A DNA stretch of 64,000 bases, taken from NCBI GenBank assembly GCA_963718235.1, contig CAVQYR010000001.1, forward strand, positions 1,600,001-1,664,000, read 5' to 3'. The notes beneath the pieces were generated by a model. It had not been told where the DNA came from. It made no database searches and worked only from the letters and a program-made list of their open reading frames with translations. This stretch comes from an uncultured Actinomycetota bacterium (GTDB lineage Bacteria > Actinomycetota > Actinomycetes > JAHEKZ01). The position numbers and the translations under genes were made by a program. Every line of letters begins with the position of its first letter. Position 1 is the first letter of the stretch. Shown piece by piece: positions 50,500 through 62,038 of this stretch.

Positions 50500-51426
50500 G
50501 TGCGGCTCCTGTTCGCCGGCACCCCGGCCGCGGCGGTGCCGGCCCTGCGTGCGCTGCTCGACTCCCACCACGAGGTGGTGGCCGTGCTCACCCGTCCCGA
50601 CGCGCGCTCCGGGCGCGGGCGTCGGCTCACCGCGTCTGCGGTCGGGGAGGTGGCGCGCGACGCCGGGGTGCTGACCCTCACGCCCGGTCGGGTCAGCGAC
50701 CCCGGGGTCGCCGAGCAGCTGTCCGACCTCCGCCTCGAGTGCGCCCCGATCGTGGCCTACGGCGGGCTGATCCCCTCGTCGCTGCTCGCGGTGCCCACCT
50801 ATGGCTGGGTCAACCTGCACTTCTCGCTCCTGCCCGCCTGGCGGGGGGCAGCCCCGGTGCAGCGGGCGGTCCTGGCCGGCGACCCGGTCACGGGGGCGAC
50901 GACGTTCCGGCTCGACGAAGGTATGGACACCGGTCCGGTCTTCGGGGTGACCACCGAGCCGATCCGCCCGACCGACACCAGCGGTGACCTGCTCGACCGA
51001 CTGGCCCGGTCGGGTGCCCGGCTGCTCGTGCGAACCCTGGACGGCATCGAGCGGAGCGAGCTCGTCGCGGTGGCCCAGCCCGACGAGGGCGTGTCGCTGG
51101 CACCGAAGCTGAGCGTCGCCGACGCGCGGGTCGACTGGTCGGCGCCGGCTCTGCACGTCGACCGCCTGGTGCGGGCGTGCACGCCGGCCCCCGGGGCCTG
51201 GACCACGGCTCGAGGCGAACGGCTCAAGGTGCTGGCCGTCGCCCCCCTCCCGCAGCGGGTCGACCTGGATCCGGGCCTGGTCGACGTCGACAAGCACCGG
51301 ATCTGCGTCGGTACCGGCTCACACGCGGTCGAGCTGGTCGAGGTGCAGGCTCAGGGGAAGGCCCGGATGGCGGCCTCGGACTGGGCCCGTGGCCTGCGGC
51401 TCGGCTCCGGTGAGTCGCTGGGATGA
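50500..51426 (+). CDS. fmt: Methionyl-tRNA formyltransferase
   Basis: FAGTP, VAYG, NLHFSLLP.WRGAAP, DTGP. Confidence 0.97.
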   Translation: MRLLFAGTPAAAVPALRALLDSHHEVVAVLTRPDARSGRGRRLTASAVGEVARDAGVLTLTPGRVSDPGVAEQLSDLRLECAPIVAYGGLIPSSLLAVPTYGWVNLHFSLLPAWRGAAPVQRAVLAGDPVTGATTFRLDEGMDTGPVFGVTTEPIRPTDTSGDLLDRLARSGARLLVRTLDGIERSELVAVAQPDEGVSLAPKLSVADARVDWSAPALHVDRLVRACTPAPGAWTTARGERLKVLAVAPLPQRVDLDPGLVDVDKHRICVGTGSHAVELVEVQAQGKARMAASDWARGLRLGSGESLG

Positions 51427-52829
51427 GCCGTCCCCGTCGAGCAGCGGCCGACGACCCGGCCCGACGCGTCGCCTACGACACGCTGCGCGCGGTCGACGAA
51501 CGTGACGCCTACGCGAACCTGACCCTGCCGACGCTGTTGCGCGAACGGGGCATCTCCGGGCGCGACGCCGCCTTCGCCACCGAGCTCGCCTACGGCACGC
51601 TGCGCGGAAGGGGCACCTACGACGCCGTGCTCGGCGCCTGCGTCGACCGCCCTCTGGCCGATGTCGACCCGCAGCTCCTCGACCTGCTGCGGATGGGGGC
51701 CCACCAGCTGCTGTCGTCGCGGGTTCCCGACCACGCCGCGGTCTCCTCGACCGTCGACCTCACCCGTTCGGTCCTCGGGCAAGGGCGGGCCGGCTTCGTC
51801 AACGCGGTGCTGCGCAAGGTGGCCGGTCGCGACCGCGACGGCTGGCTGCAGACACTCGGCGCGACGGGTGACGATGACGAGGCGCTCGCCCTTCGGACGT
51901 CACACCCGGCGTGGATCGTGCGGGCCTTCCAGGACGCGCTGGGCGGCTCCCGGGCCGAGACCGAGCAGCTGCTCGCTGCCGACAACGTCGCTGCCGAGGT
52001 CTCCCTGGTCGGCCGTCCCGGCCGCTGCAGCGTCGACGAGCTGCTCCGGGCCGGCGCCCGTCCTGGTCGATGGTCGCCATACGCCGCCGTCCTGCCGTTC
52101 GGTGACCCGGGTGCGATCGCTGCCGTTCGCGAGGGTCGGGCCGGGGTCCAGGACGAGGGCAGCCAGCTCGTGACGCTTGCGCTCGCAGACGTACCCGTCG
52201 ACGGACCCGACGTCCGGTGGCTCGACCTGTGCGCCGGCCCGGGCGGCAAGGCGGCGCTGCTCGACGCCCTGGCTGCCCAGCGGGGAGCACGGCTCACGGC
52301 GGTCGAGAGCCAGCCCCACCGGGCCGACCTCGTGCGCCGGGTCGTCGGCCAGACCGCCGACGTCGTGACCGGTGACGGCACCGACGACCGTTGGGCGACC
52401 GGTGACCACGACCGGGTGCTCGTCGACGCACCGTGCACCGGCCTGGGTGCGCTGCGCCGTCGGCCCGAGGCCCGGTGGCGCAGGCTGCCGTCCGACGTCG
52501 CCGCACTGGGACGCCTCCAGCGTGCGCTGCTGGCCAGCGCCCTGGCTGCGGTCCGACCGGGAGGTGTCGTGGCGTACGTGACCTGCTCGCCGCACCTCGC
52601 CGAGACCCGGTTCGTGGTGGACGACGTGCTGAAGACCCACCCTCACGTCGAGCGGGTCGACGCACGGGCCGTGCTGCCCGACGTCCCGCAGTCCGGCGAG
52701 GGACTGCACGTGCAGCTGTGGCCACACGTCCACGGGACCGACGCGATGTACCTGGCGCTGCTCCGGCGCGCCGACGGGGGCAGCGCTGCCATGACGCCGC
52801 GTCTGTCCCGTCGGCAATGGACGGCCTGA
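51423..52829 (+). CDS. rsmB: RsmB/NOP family 16S rRNA m5C methyltransferase
   Basis: NusB-like N-terminus, VQDEGSQ, DLCAGPGGK, DAPCTG, YVTCS. Confidence 0.93.
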   Translation: MSRPRRAAADDPARRVAYDTLRAVDERDAYANLTLPTLLRERGISGRDAAFATELAYGTLRGRGTYDAVLGACVDRPLADVDPQLLDLLRMGAHQLLSSRVPDHAAVSSTVDLTRSVLGQGRAGFVNAVLRKVAGRDRDGWLQTLGATGDDDEALALRTSHPAWIVRAFQDALGGSRAETEQLLAADNVAAEVSLVGRPGRCSVDELLRAGARPGRWSPYAAVLPFGDPGAIAAVREGRAGVQDEGSQLVTLALADVPVDGPDVRWLDLCAGPGGKAALLDALAAQRGARLTAVESQPHRADLVRRVVGQTADVVTGDGTDDRWATGDHDRVLVDAPCTGLGALRRRPEARWRRLPSDVAALGRLQRALLASALAAVRPGGVVAYVTCSPHLAETRFVVDDVLKTHPHVERVDARAVLPDVPQSGEGLHVQLWPHVHGTDAMYLALLRRADGGSAAMTPRLSRRQWTA

Positions 52830-52840
52830 GGCACCCCTGG

Positions 52841-53578
52841 TCAGCGGGGAAGGGGGAGTACCGGACCGACCCCGCGAGCCCGCAGGGCCCTCCACACCGC
52901 CCAGAACTGACGGGCCCGGTGCCGCTGGGCCCGCCAGTCGCGGCCGGTGACCCGGTGGTGCAGGTCGACCGGGACCTCCACGACCCGAAAGCCCTGGCGC
53001 AGCAGGTCGATGGTGAGTCCGACCTCCACCCCGAACCCGTCGGCCAGCGGGGTCGCCGCGTCGAAGGCAGCCCGGGTGAGGGCACGTTGGCCGGACAAGG
53101 GCTGGGTCGCCGACCACCCGGTCGCCTGCGCGATGCCGTCGTGGGCCAGCCGGACGACGAACCCACGCCCGCCACCCGACCGCGCCTGCGTCGGAAGGGT
53201 GGCGATGGTCATGTCCGCCTCGCCGCGCAGCACCGGAGGCAGGAGCGCGCCCGCGTCGGCCGCCGACGCCTGCAGGTCGGCGTCGAGGAACAGCATCGGG
53301 CGCCCGCCGACCCCGCACTCGCGCTCGAGACGGCCGACCTCCGCGGCGCCGCGCTGCATCGCCGCCGCCTTGCCCGCGTTGGTCACCAGGCGCACGACGT
53401 GCGCGCCGGCCTGCGTGGCCTGCTCGCTCGTTGCGTCGGTCGATCCGTCGTCGACCACGACCACCAGGTCGACCCCGGGCAGGGCGGCTGCTGCGCCCGT
53501 GGTCGAAGCGATCCGGTCGGCCTCCTGGAAGGCGGGGATCACCACGGCGGCACCGTCGGTGCGAAGCGTCGTGGGCAT
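52841..53578 (-). CDS. Glycosyltransferase family 2
   Basis: VVIPA.QE, VVDDGSTDAT, GK..AM, FLDADL, PLSGQR. Confidence 0.9.
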   Translation of the reverse strand: MPTTLRTDGAAVVIPAFQEADRIASTTGAAAALPGVDLVVVVDDGSTDATSEQATQAGAHVVRLVTNAGKAAAMQRGAAEVGRLERECGVGGRPMLFLDADLQASAADAGALLPPVLRGEADMTIATLPTQARSGGGRGFVVRLAHDGIAQATGWSATQPLSGQRALTRAAFDAATPLADGFGVEVGLTIDLLRQGFRVVEVPVDLHHRVTGRDWRAQRHRARQFWAVWRALRARGVGPVLPLPR

Positions 53579-53608
53579 GGCGGGATCCTGGCACAGCGCG
53601 GGGGTCGG

Positions 53609-54874
53609 TCAGGCGACCCTCGCGGTGGCCTCCACCCGGTTCTTGCCGTCGCGCTTGGCCCGGAAGAGACGCTGGTCAGCCGCCTGCATCAAGGACACCT
53701 CGTCGTCGTGGTCGGTCGAGCAGGCCACGCCGAACGATGCCGTGACGTGCAGGCGCCCGTCGAGCTCGCGCCAGCTGTGCTCGTCCAGCTCGCTGCGCAT
53801 CCGCTCGCAGACCCGGAACGCGTCAGCGGCCGAGGTGCCCGGCATCAGCAGCACGAACTCCTCACCGCCCATCCGCACGAGCACGTCGGAGGCCCGCGTG
53901 CCAGCTCCCAGGACGGTGGCCGCACCGCGGAGGACGTCGTCGCCGACCACGTGGGTGAAGCGGTCGTTGATCGACTTGAAGTCGTCGAGGTCGGCCACAG
54001 CGACACTGAGTGGGGTGCCCGTCCGCTTGGCATAGGCGAACAGGTGCCCGAGCTCGTCGTCGAGGTGACGTCGGTTGTGCAGTCCAGTCAACGGGTCGCG
54101 CAGGGTCAGCTCGGACAGCTGTTCCGCGAGCTGCTCCTGGGTGCGCAGAGCCTCCTCGAGCTGCGCGGTGCGCTGTTGGACCCGCTCGTCGAGCTGCACT
54201 GCGAGCCGTTCGGCCCGCCGCTGCGCCTCCTGGGACGCGAGGAGCGCCTGGGTGACCGAGTGGGCCGAGACCCACGACACAACCCCGACGAGGACGGTGA
54301 CGACGAAGGCGTAGGAGAGCATGTAGCCCACGCTGGTCGGCGCCTGGGGGCCTGGGGCGACCACCCGTAGGAGCACGAGGACGACGAGCGCGCCGAGGAC
54401 CGACCAGACCACCTGGCGGGGGTACAGCGAGGCGCCGGCGACGGCCACCAGGAAGGGCAGGTACATCGGAGTCGCACCGATGTTCTGCTCGATCGCAGCC
54501 GCGGTGACGAGCATGAGCGAGAGCGCCGCCAGGAGCAGAAGGACGGCGAGCTCGACCCGGCCCCGGTCGGCGAGACGTCGCAGGGCGAAGGTGCAGACGA
54601 CGCCGACCAGGACGACAGGGATCACGATCTGAGGGGCGGGCAGCAGAAGAGCCAGCCCGCAGTAGGCCAGCCCGCAGAAGGCGAGCGCGGTGAACAGCGT
54701 GTGCGCGATCCGCACCCGCTGCGACTCCACCGGCGTGCTGACCCTCCGGCTCCATGGCGCGCCCCCCGACGCGCGGGACCCCATACCGATCACCCTTCCG
54801 CTGGCCCGAACGTCGCCCGACCCACCGTCCGTGTTCCCGTCCCTGCTCCATCGTCGGGCCGGCTCCGTGGACAC
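53609..54874 (-). CDS. Membrane-bound diguanylate cyclase (GGDEF)
   Basis: Several TM helices, coiled coil, [25 protein letters not shown]5-GGEEF. Start uncertain. Confidence 0.92.
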   Translation of the reverse strand: MSTEPARRWSRDGNTDGGSGDVRASGRVIGMGSRASGGAPWSRRVSTPVESQRVRIAHTLFTALAFCGLAYCGLALLLPAPQIVIPVVLVGVVCTFALRRLADRGRVELAVLLLLAALSLMLVTAAAIEQNIGATPMYLPFLVAVAGASLYPRQVVWSVLGALVVLVLLRVVAPGPQAPTSVGYMLSYAFVVTVLVGVVSWVSAHSVTQALLASQEAQRRAERLAVQLDERVQQRTAQLEEALRTQEQLAEQLSELTLRDPLTGLHNRRHLDDELGHLFAYAKRTGTPLSVAVADLDDFKSINDRFTHVVGDDVLRGAATVLGAGTRASDVLVRMGGEEFVLLMPGTSAADAFRVCERMRSELDEHSWRELDGRLHVTASFGVACSTDHDDEVSLMQAADQRLFRAKRDGKNRVEATARVA

Positions 54875-54922
54875 CTTGACGAAACGCCGGCAGCCCCACC
54901 CGTGCGGCCTACACTCGCGCGG

Positions 54923-55606
54923 GTGGGCATCCAGATCTCACCGAGCATCCTGTCGGCCGACTTCAGCCGCCTCGGGGCCGAGGTCGCGGCGGTCTCGGCC
55001 GTCGCCGACTGGGTGCACGTCGACGTCATGGACAACCACTTCGTACCGAACCTCACCCTCGGTCTGCCGATCGTGGAGAGCCTGGCCCGGGTGTCGGCGC
55101 TTCCCTTGGACTGCCACCTGATGATCGACGACCCCGACCGGTGGGCCCCGCCCTACGCCGAGGCCGGTGCCCAGTCGGTCACCTTCCACGTCGAGGCCGC
55201 GGCCGACCCGGTGCGGCTGGCCCGGGCGCTGCGCTCTCTGTCGGCTCGGGCCGGTATGGCGTTGAAGCCGGCGACGCCGGTCGAGCCGTACGTGGGGCTG
55301 CTCGCCGAGGTCGACATGCTGCTGCTGATGACGGTCGAACCCGGCTTCGGCGGCCAGCCTTTCCTCGACGTCGTCCTGCCGAAGATCCGCGCCGCCCGTC
55401 AGCTGCTGGTCGATGCCGACTCCCAGGTCTGGCTCCAGGTCGACGGCGGGATCGGTCCGGAGACGATCGAGCGTGCCGCCGAGGCGGGCGCCGACGTGTT
55501 CGTCGCTGGTTCTGCGGTGTTCAGGAGCGACGACCCGGCGGCGATGGTGGAGCTGCTGCGGGCCAAGGCACGCAGCGCCGTCCCCGGGGTCGATGTGCGA
55601 CACTGA
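54923..55606 (+). CDS. rpe: Ribulose-phosphate 3-epimerase
   Basis: [35 protein letters not shown]. Confidence 0.97.
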   Translation: MGIQISPSILSADFSRLGAEVAAVSAVADWVHVDVMDNHFVPNLTLGLPIVESLARVSALPLDCHLMIDDPDRWAPPYAEAGAQSVTFHVEAAADPVRLARALRSLSARAGMALKPATPVEPYVGLLAEVDMLLLMTVEPGFGGQPFLDVVLPKIRAARQLLVDADSQVWLQVDGGIGPETIERAAEAGADVFVAGSAVFRSDDPAAMVELLRAKARSAVPGVDVRH

Positions 55607-55625
55607 TCCGGTTCGAGGTAACCCT

Positions 55626-55754
55626 CGCGCGCTCCGGGGTCGGTGCAACTCCGAACCGGCGGTGACAGTCCGCGACCCGTCCGCAGCCAGCGGCCGGTTG
55701 ACCTGGTGGAACTCCGGGACCGACGGTGAAAGTCCGGATGGGAGGCAGCGCGCG
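55626..55754 (+). ncRNA. FMN riboswitch (RFN element)
   Basis: CGGGGTCGGTGCAACTCCGAACCGGCGGTGACAGTCCGCGA...ACCGACGGTGAAAGTCCGGATGGGAG directly upstream of ribD. Confidence 0.97.
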
Positions 55755-55836
55755 TTCGGTGACGCCGTGGTCCCACGACGTCACCGGTCGCCGCTCTCTC
55801 CGTGCTCCGGTCCGCGCCCGATGCGCAGGAGTGAGT

Positions 55837-56859
55837 GTGGCCAGCCCCGCCGAGGTCGACGCGATGCGTCGCGCGCTCGCCGCTGCCGTGGAACCAGACG
55901 CACCACTCGGTCCGAACCCGCGCGTGGGGTGCGTCCTGCTGGCCCGCGACGGCGCCCAGCTGGCGGTCGGGCACCACCACGGGGCCGGGACGCCGCATGC
56001 CGAGGTCGACGCGCTCCGCAGGTCCTTCGCAGCCACGGTGGGAGCGACGGCGGTGGTCACCCTCGAACCCTGTGCCCACACCGGTCGAACCGGGCCCTGC
56101 GCGCCGGCGCTGGTCGCGGCCGGCATCGCCCGCGTCGTGGTGGCGCAGCGTGACCTCAGTGTGCGCGCCGCAGGTGGGGTCGACCTGCTGCGGGCGGCCG
56201 GCGTCGACGTCGAGACGGGCGTGCTCGAGGCGCAGGCGCGAGCGGTGAACCCGTGGTGGACCACGGCCGTCGAGCGCGACCGTCCCTTCGTCACCTGGAA
56301 GCTCGCCGCGACCCTCGACGGTCGGGTGGCTGCGGCCGACGGCTCCAGCCGCTGGATCACCGGCCCGGGGGCCCGCGCTGACGGCCACGCCCTGCGCGCC
56401 GTCGTCGACGCCGTCGTCGTCGGCACGGGCACCGTGCTGACCGACGACCCACAGCTCACGGTGCGCGGTGCCGACGGAGTGGCGGGCAGACGCCAGCCGC
56501 TGCGCGTGGTGATCGGGCGCCGCCTGCCCCCGCCGACCGCTGCGGTGCTCGACGATGCTGCTGCGACGAGGGTGTTCCCGACCCACGACGTCCGCGAGGT
56601 CGTCGAGACGCTGGGGGCAGCGGGCCTGCACCACCTGCTCGTGGAGGGCGGGCCGACCCTGGCCGGGGAGTTCGTGCGTCAGGGACTGGTCGACCGAGTC
56701 GTCGCGTATGTCGCGCCGACCCTGCTCGGTACCGGCGTGCATGCGCTGGGCGACGTCGGGATCGGGTCGATCGACGAGGCGCTGCGCCTCGACCTGCAGG
56801 ACGTCACCCGGATCGGTGACGACGTCCGGATCACCGCCACCGTAGCCAAGGAGGCCTAG
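55837..56859 (+). CDS. ribD: Riboflavin biosynthesis deaminase/reductase
   Basis: PNPRVG, HAE, TLEPC.H..RT.PC, SRWIT, VEGG. Confidence 0.96.
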   Translation: MASPAEVDAMRRALAAAVEPDAPLGPNPRVGCVLLARDGAQLAVGHHHGAGTPHAEVDALRRSFAATVGATAVVTLEPCAHTGRTGPCAPALVAAGIARVVVAQRDLSVRAAGGVDLLRAAGVDVETGVLEAQARAVNPWWTTAVERDRPFVTWKLAATLDGRVAAADGSSRWITGPGARADGHALRAVVDAVVVGTGTVLTDDPQLTVRGADGVAGRRQPLRVVIGRRLPPPTAAVLDDAAATRVFPTHDVREVVETLGAAGLHHLLVEGGPTLAGEFVRQGLVDRVVAYVAPTLLGTGVHALGDVGIGSIDEALRLDLQDVTRIGDDVRITATVAKEA

Positions 56860-57480
56860 ATGTTCACTGGCATCGTCGAGGAGCTCGGTGAGGTCGTCGC
56901 GATCGAGTCGCTGACCGACTCGGCCCGGCTGACCGTTCGGGGGCCGATGGTCACCGCCGACGCGCACCACGGCGACTCGATCGCGGTGAACGGGGTGTGC
57001 CTCACCGTCGTCACCTGCGAGAACGACGCCTTCACCGCCGACGTGATGCGCCAGACGCTGCGGTCGTCCGGCCTCGGCGATCTCACGGTCGGGTCCGCGG
57101 TGAACCTGGAGCGCCCGATGACGCTGTCGTCGCGGCTCGGCGGCCACCTGGTCCAGGGGCACGTCGACGGTGTGGCCGAGATCCTGGACCGGGAGCCGGC
57201 CGAGCACTGGGAGCTGGTGCGGCTGTCCCTTCCCTCGTCGGTGTCCCGCTACGTCGTGGCCAAGGGGTCGATCACCGTCGATGGCGTGTCCCTGACCGTG
57301 GCCGACCTCGACTCCGGCTCGTTCGTGGTCAGCCTGATCCCCACGACGCTCGCGCTCACCACCCTGGGCCGCAAGGGCGTCGGCGAGCGGGTCAACCTGG
57401 AGGTCGACGTCATCGCCAAGTACGTCGAGCGACTCCTGCGGACCGACCTGGCGGACTCCGACGAGAAGGTGAGCCCGTGA
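56860..57480 (+). CDS. ribC: Riboflavin synthase (alpha chain)
   Basis: [33 protein letters not shown]. Confidence 0.96.
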   Translation: MFTGIVEELGEVVAIESLTDSARLTVRGPMVTADAHHGDSIAVNGVCLTVVTCENDAFTADVMRQTLRSSGLGDLTVGSAVNLERPMTLSSRLGGHLVQGHVDGVAEILDREPAEHWELVRLSLPSSVSRYVVAKGSITVDGVSLTVADLDSGSFVVSLIPTTLALTTLGRKGVGERVNLEVDVIAKYVERLLRTDLADSDEKVSP

Positions 57481-58763
57481 ACGACGAACTGACACCCGGG
57501 GACCACGCTCCGGTGGTGCTGGACCCGGTGGAGCGGGCGGTGGAGGACCTCCGGGCCGGCAGGGCCGTGGTCGTCGTCGACGACGAGGACCGTGAGAACG
57601 AGGGAGACCTGATCTTCGCGGCCGGCAAGGCGACCCCGCAGCTCGTCGGGTTCATGATCCGGCACACCTCGGGGGTGATCTGCGTCGCCATGCACGGCAA
57701 GGACCTCGACCGGCTGAAGCTGCCCCCCATGACCGCCGTCAACGAGGACCGCAAGGGCACCGCCTACGCGGTGAGTGTCGACGCCCGCGACGGGATCAGC
57801 ACCGGGATCTCCGCGGTCGACCGGGCCCGGACGATCCGGGTGCTGGTCGACTCGGCGACCGAGCCGTTCGAGCTCACCCGCCCCGGGCACGTGTTCCCGC
57901 TGCGCGCGGTCGAGGGAGGAGTGCTGCGTCGGGCCGGTCACACCGAGGCGGGCCCCGACCTGGCCCGGCTCGCCGGCCTCACCCCTGCAGCCGCGATCTG
58001 CGAGATCGTCCACGACGACGGGTCGATGATGCGCGCCCCCGAACTGCGCCGGTTCGCCGACGAGCACGGTCTGGCGATGATCTCCATCGCCGACCTGATC
58101 GCCTACCGACGACGCCACGAGAGCCAGGTGCAGCGCGTGGCCGAGACCCGCCTGCCCACCGAGCACGGGGAGTTCACCGCGTTCGGGTTCCGCGACACCG
58201 TGACGGGCATGGAGCACGTGGCGCTGGTGCGCGGTGACATCGGTGACGGCCTGGACCTCCTCGTGCGGGTGCACTCGGAGTGCCTGACCGGCGACGTGCT
58301 GGGCTCGACGCGCTGCGACTGCGGCCCGCAGCTGCACGCAGCGATGGCCCGGATCGCGGCCGAGGACCGCGGGGTCCTGCTGTACGTGCGGGGGCACGAA
58401 GGCCGAGGCATCGGCCTGCTCCACAAGCTGCAGGCCTACCAGCTGCAGGACGCCGGGAGCGACACGGTCGACGCCAACCTCGAGCTCGGTCTGCCGGCCG
58501 ATGCCCGCGACTACGGCACCGGTGCACAGATCCTGGCCGACCTCGGCGTGCGGACGATGCGGCTGCTCACGAACAACCCCGCCAAGCGAGCCGGCATCGA
58601 GGGCTACGGACTGCAGGTCGTCGGACGCGAGCCCCTGCCGACGACGGTTACCGCGGACAACCTCGCGTACCTGCGGACCAAGCGCGACCGGATGGGGCAC
58701 GACCTGCCGAACCTCGACGACGGGCGGACCACACCGCCCCCCACGAAGGAGCTTTCCTCGTGA
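57477..58763 (+). CDS. ribA: Bifunctional DHBP synthase / GTP cyclohydrolase II (RibBA)
   Basis: [44 protein letters not shown]. Confidence 0.97.
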   Translation: MNDELTPGDHAPVVLDPVERAVEDLRAGRAVVVVDDEDRENEGDLIFAAGKATPQLVGFMIRHTSGVICVAMHGKDLDRLKLPPMTAVNEDRKGTAYAVSVDARDGISTGISAVDRARTIRVLVDSATEPFELTRPGHVFPLRAVEGGVLRRAGHTEAGPDLARLAGLTPAAAICEIVHDDGSMMRAPELRRFADEHGLAMISIADLIAYRRRHESQVQRVAETRLPTEHGEFTAFGFRDTVTGMEHVALVRGDIGDGLDLLVRVHSECLTGDVLGSTRCDCGPQLHAAMARIAAEDRGVLLYVRGHEGRGIGLLHKLQAYQLQDAGSDTVDANLELGLPADARDYGTGAQILADLGVRTMRLLTNNPAKRAGIEGYGLQVVGREPLPTTVTADNLAYLRTKRDRMGHDLPNLDDGRTTPPPTKELSS

Positions 58764-59242
58764 GCCGCACCGGAGCGCCCAGTCCCACCGTTCCCAGCGC
58801 AGGGTCACTGCGGGTCGCGATCGTTGCGGCGTCCTGGCACCCGGTGGTGATGGGTGGTCTCGTTGCAGGGGCCCGACGGATGCTGTCCGAGGCGGGGATC
58901 ACCGAGCCGAAGGTCCTTCGGGTCCCCGGGACGTTCGAGCTGCCGGTCGTCTCGTTGGCGTTGGCCCGTCAGGGCTACGACGCCGTGGTCGCGCTGGGAG
59001 TGGTGATCCGAGGGGGCACCCCTCACTTCGAGTACGTGTGCCGAGCCGCGACCGACGGCCTGACCCGGGTCGCGCTCGACACCGGTGTTCCGGTCGGCTT
59101 CGGGGTGCTGACCTGTGACACCGAGCGCCAGGCGCTCGACCGGGCCGGCCTCAACGACTCCCCTGAGGACAAGGGCGCCGAGGCGGCTCTGGCGGCGATC
59201 AGCACGGCCCTGCTGCTGGCTGACCTGCGCGGCCCACGGTGA
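58760..59242 (+). CDS. ribH: Lumazine synthase
   Basis: [28 protein letters not shown]. Confidence 0.96.
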   Translation: MSRTGAPSPTVPSAGSLRVAIVAASWHPVVMGGLVAGARRMLSEAGITEPKVLRVPGTFELPVVSLALARQGYDAVVALGVVIRGGTPHFEYVCRAATDGLTRVALDTGVPVGFGVLTCDTERQALDRAGLNDSPEDKGAEAALAAISTALLLADLRGPR

Positions 59243-59294
59243 TCCGCCCTCACTACGCTGGGCCGGCCGAGATCACGACCCAGGAGTCGAGCCC

Positions 59295-59558
59295 ATGAAG
59301 AGCTTCGAGGTGCTGTTCGCCGAGCTCCAGGAGCGCGCGGCGTACCGACCGGACGACTCGACCACCGTCCGGCTGCTCGACGGAGGGGTGCACGCCATCG
59401 GGAAGAAGGTCGTCGAGGAGGCCGCCGAGGTCTGGATGGCCGCCGAGCACGAGGGCCCCGAGCGGACCGCCGACGAGATCGCCCAGCTGCTCTACCACCT
59501 GCAGGTGCTGATGGTCGCCTGCGACCTGTCCCTGCAAGATGTCTACGAGCGCCTGTGA
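59295..59558 (+). CDS. hisE: Phosphoribosyl-ATP pyrophosphatase
   Basis: [22 protein letters not shown]. Confidence 0.96.
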   Translation: MKSFEVLFAELQERAAYRPDDSTTVRLLDGGVHAIGKKVVEEAAEVWMAAEHEGPERTADEIAQLLYHLQVLMVACDLSLQDVYERL

Positions 59559-59595
59559 ACGCCACCTCGGCCCGCTCACCCAGGGAGGTCTGAAG

Positions 59596-60441
59596 GTGCT
59601 TCGCGTCGCCGTCCCCAACAAGGGCTCGCTGTCCGATGCGTCCGTGCAGATGCTGCGCGAGTCCGGCTACCGTCAGCGCTCGGCCACGCGCGAGCTCGTG
59701 CTGCGCGACGACGACAACGGCACGGAGTTCTTCTACCTGCGGCCCCGAGACATCGCCACGTACGTGGGCTCCGGCCAGCTCGACGTCGGCATCACCGGGC
59801 GCGACCTCCTGCTCGACGGTGACTCGTCCGCGCGCGAGCTGCTGCCCTTGGGGTTCGGGCGGTCGACCTTCCGGTTCGCCGCGCGCCCCGGGACTGCCGC
59901 GGACGTGAGCGGATTCCAGGGGCTGCGGATCGCGACGTCGTACCCGGGCCTCGTGGCCCGCCACCTCGACGAGCACGGTGTGCAGGCCTCGGTGATCCGC
60001 CTCGACGGCGCGGTCGAGACCTCGGTACAGCTCGGCGTGGCCGACGTGATCGCCGACGTGGTCGAGACGGGAACGACCCTGCGCCAGGCGGGTCTGGAGC
60101 TCGTCGGCGAGCCGATCCTGCACAGCGAGGCGGTCCTCGTGTGCCGCTCGGAGGCGAGGGAGTCGACGGCCGTGGACCAGCTGGTCCGCCGGCTCAACGG
60201 CGTGATCGTCGCTCGCGCGTACGTGATCTTCGACTACGACGTGCGTACCCACCTGCTCGATGCCGCGTGCGCACTGACCCCGGGCATCGAGTCACCGACC
60301 GTGTCGCCGCTGCACGACGAGGGATGGGTGGCGGTCCGGGCTCTGGTGCCGCGGGCCGACACCAACAACGTGATGGACGCGCTCTACGACCTGGGCGCGC
60401 GGGGGATCCTGGTCACCGACATCCATGCGTGCCGTCTGTGA
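59596..60441 (+). CDS. hisG: ATP phosphoribosyltransferase (long form)
   Basis: AVPNKG, RPRDI, GITG.D, DVVETGTTL, PGIESPT. Confidence 0.97.
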   Translation: MLRVAVPNKGSLSDASVQMLRESGYRQRSATRELVLRDDDNGTEFFYLRPRDIATYVGSGQLDVGITGRDLLLDGDSSARELLPLGFGRSTFRFAARPGTAADVSGFQGLRIATSYPGLVARHLDEHGVQASVIRLDGAVETSVQLGVADVIADVVETGTTLRQAGLELVGEPILHSEAVLVCRSEARESTAVDQLVRRLNGVIVARAYVIFDYDVRTHLLDAACALTPGIESPTVSPLHDEGWVAVRALVPRADTNNVMDALYDLGARGILVTDIHACRL

Positions 60442-60465
60442 CCGGCCAAGGGTGACTGGCTGACG

Positions 60466-61230
60466 ATGACCGACGAGCGCATCATCGGCAAAGAGCTGCC
60501 GACCCCGCAGTTCGCCTCCGACGACGGGTCCGCCGACCCGGCGCTGCGGGTGGCGCTGAGCGCCTACGCACAGGGAGTGGCCACCGGCGGAGACGTGCTC
60601 GAGGCGTTGGTCGAGACCCGGGTCCTGATCCCCGTCGTGGCCGTCCTCGAGCAGTCGGCGACGTCGGCCGACGGGCTCGCGATCGACAAGGAGTCGTCGA
60701 TGGCGACGGTCACCGTGCGGCGCGCGGACGGCGGCTGCTCGCTGCTGGGGTTCACCTCGACCGCCGCGCTGGCGGCCTGGCGCGCCGACGCCCGTCCGGT
60801 GCCGGTGGAGGCGCGACGTGCGGCCCAGGCGGCACTGGCCGAGGGCGCCGACACCCTTCTGCTCGATGTCGCCGGCCCGTCGCCGTTCGCCGTCAGCGGG
60901 GGTGAGCTGCGCATCCTTGCCTTTGCCCCTGACGTGACCGTGGCACCGCACGACGACCCCGACGTGGCAGCGGCGATCAGTGCCCACGTGGTCGACGAGC
61001 CGGCGGTCACCGCCGTCCTCGCCGAACCGTCCGACTCCGGGCTCCGGTTGACCCTCGTCGTGGCTCGGTCGATCGGCGCCGCGCAGTTCCGCGCCCTCGT
61101 GCCCCGGCTGTCCCAGCGGCTAGCGTCCGACCTGCTCCTTCGCTCCCGTCTGACCGGCGGTCTGCAGCTGGTCGTGGTCCCCCCGGAGCGTGAGCCGACC
61201 GGGGCTGTGGTGGTCTTCCGGCGCGCCTGA
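60466..61230 (+). CDS. SseB family protein
   Basis: DDGSADP, R.LIPVVA, DKESSM, FTS.AL.AW..ARPVPV; usual position near infC. Confidence 0.8.
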   Translation: MTDERIIGKELPTPQFASDDGSADPALRVALSAYAQGVATGGDVLEALVETRVLIPVVAVLEQSATSADGLAIDKESSMATVTVRRADGGCSLLGFTSTAALAAWRADARPVPVEARRAAQAALAEGADTLLLDVAGPSPFAVSGGELRILAFAPDVTVAPHDDPDVAAAISAHVVDEPAVTAVLAEPSDSGLRLTLVVARSIGAAQFRALVPRLSQRLASDLLLRSRLTGGLQLVVVPPEREPTGAVVVFRRA

Positions 61231-61312
61231 CTGGTGTGCACCTTCCGGCTTTGGCATCCTGGGCGGTGCGGCCGGTCCGGGAGCCGCCCCCTCCAGCAAG
61301 CAAGGACTCACC

Positions 61313-62038
61313 ATGCCCTCCAACGCGCCGCTTCGGATGCCGCGCAAGCTCCTCGCCGAGCTGATCGGCACGTTCGCTCTGGTGTTCCTGGCCGTGGGTG
61401 CGGCAGTGACCGGCCGGTACGACCTCGGCGGGGTCGGGGTCGCACTCGGCTTCGGCCTGGTCCTCACGTTCCTGGTCTTCGCGATCGGCTCGATCTCCGG
61501 TGCTCACGTGAACCCGGCGGTCACGCTCGCGATGATGGTCGGCCGCCAGATGCCGGTGAAAGAGGGACTCTCCTACATGGGCGCCCAGGTGGTCGGCGCG
61601 ATCGGTGGCGCCTTCCTGCTGTGGCTGCTCGTCCAGCAAGGGGTCGAGGACCAGACCGGGGGCCTCGGGGCCAACGCCTACGGGCCAGCCACCGGCGGAG
61701 CGGTGGGCGCGTTCATCCTCGAGACCGCGCTGACCGCGCTGTTCGTCTACGTGATCCTGCTCGTCACCGAGAAGGGCGTGCCCCCGGTCGGGACCGGGAT
61801 CGCCATCGGTGCGGCACTGACGACCGTCCACCTCGTCGGCATCCCACTCACCGGCACCTCGGTGAACCCGGCCCGCTCGATCGGCCCGGCGCTGTTCCAG
61901 GGTGGCGACGCACTGTCCCAGCTCTGGCTGTTCATCCTCGCCCCGTTGGTCGGGGGTCTGCTCGCCGTCGTGCTCTGGCGGGCCACGCACATCGGGCACG
62001 AGACCGACACCGACAGCCAGCTCGCCGACCTGGACTAG
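61313..62038 (+). CDS. aqpZ: Aquaporin (MIP family, AqpZ-like)
   Basis: ISGAHVNPAV and GTSVNPARS; His/Thr/Arg filter residues of the water-selective type. Confidence 0.9.
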   Translation: MPSNAPLRMPRKLLAELIGTFALVFLAVGAAVTGRYDLGGVGVALGFGLVLTFLVFAIGSISGAHVNPAVTLAMMVGRQMPVKEGLSYMGAQVVGAIGGAFLLWLLVQQGVEDQTGGLGANAYGPATGGAVGAFILETALTALFVYVILLVTEKGVPPVGTGIAIGAALTTVHLVGIPLTGTSVNPARSIGPALFQGGDALSQLWLFILAPLVGGLLAVVLWRATHIGHETDTDSQLADLD

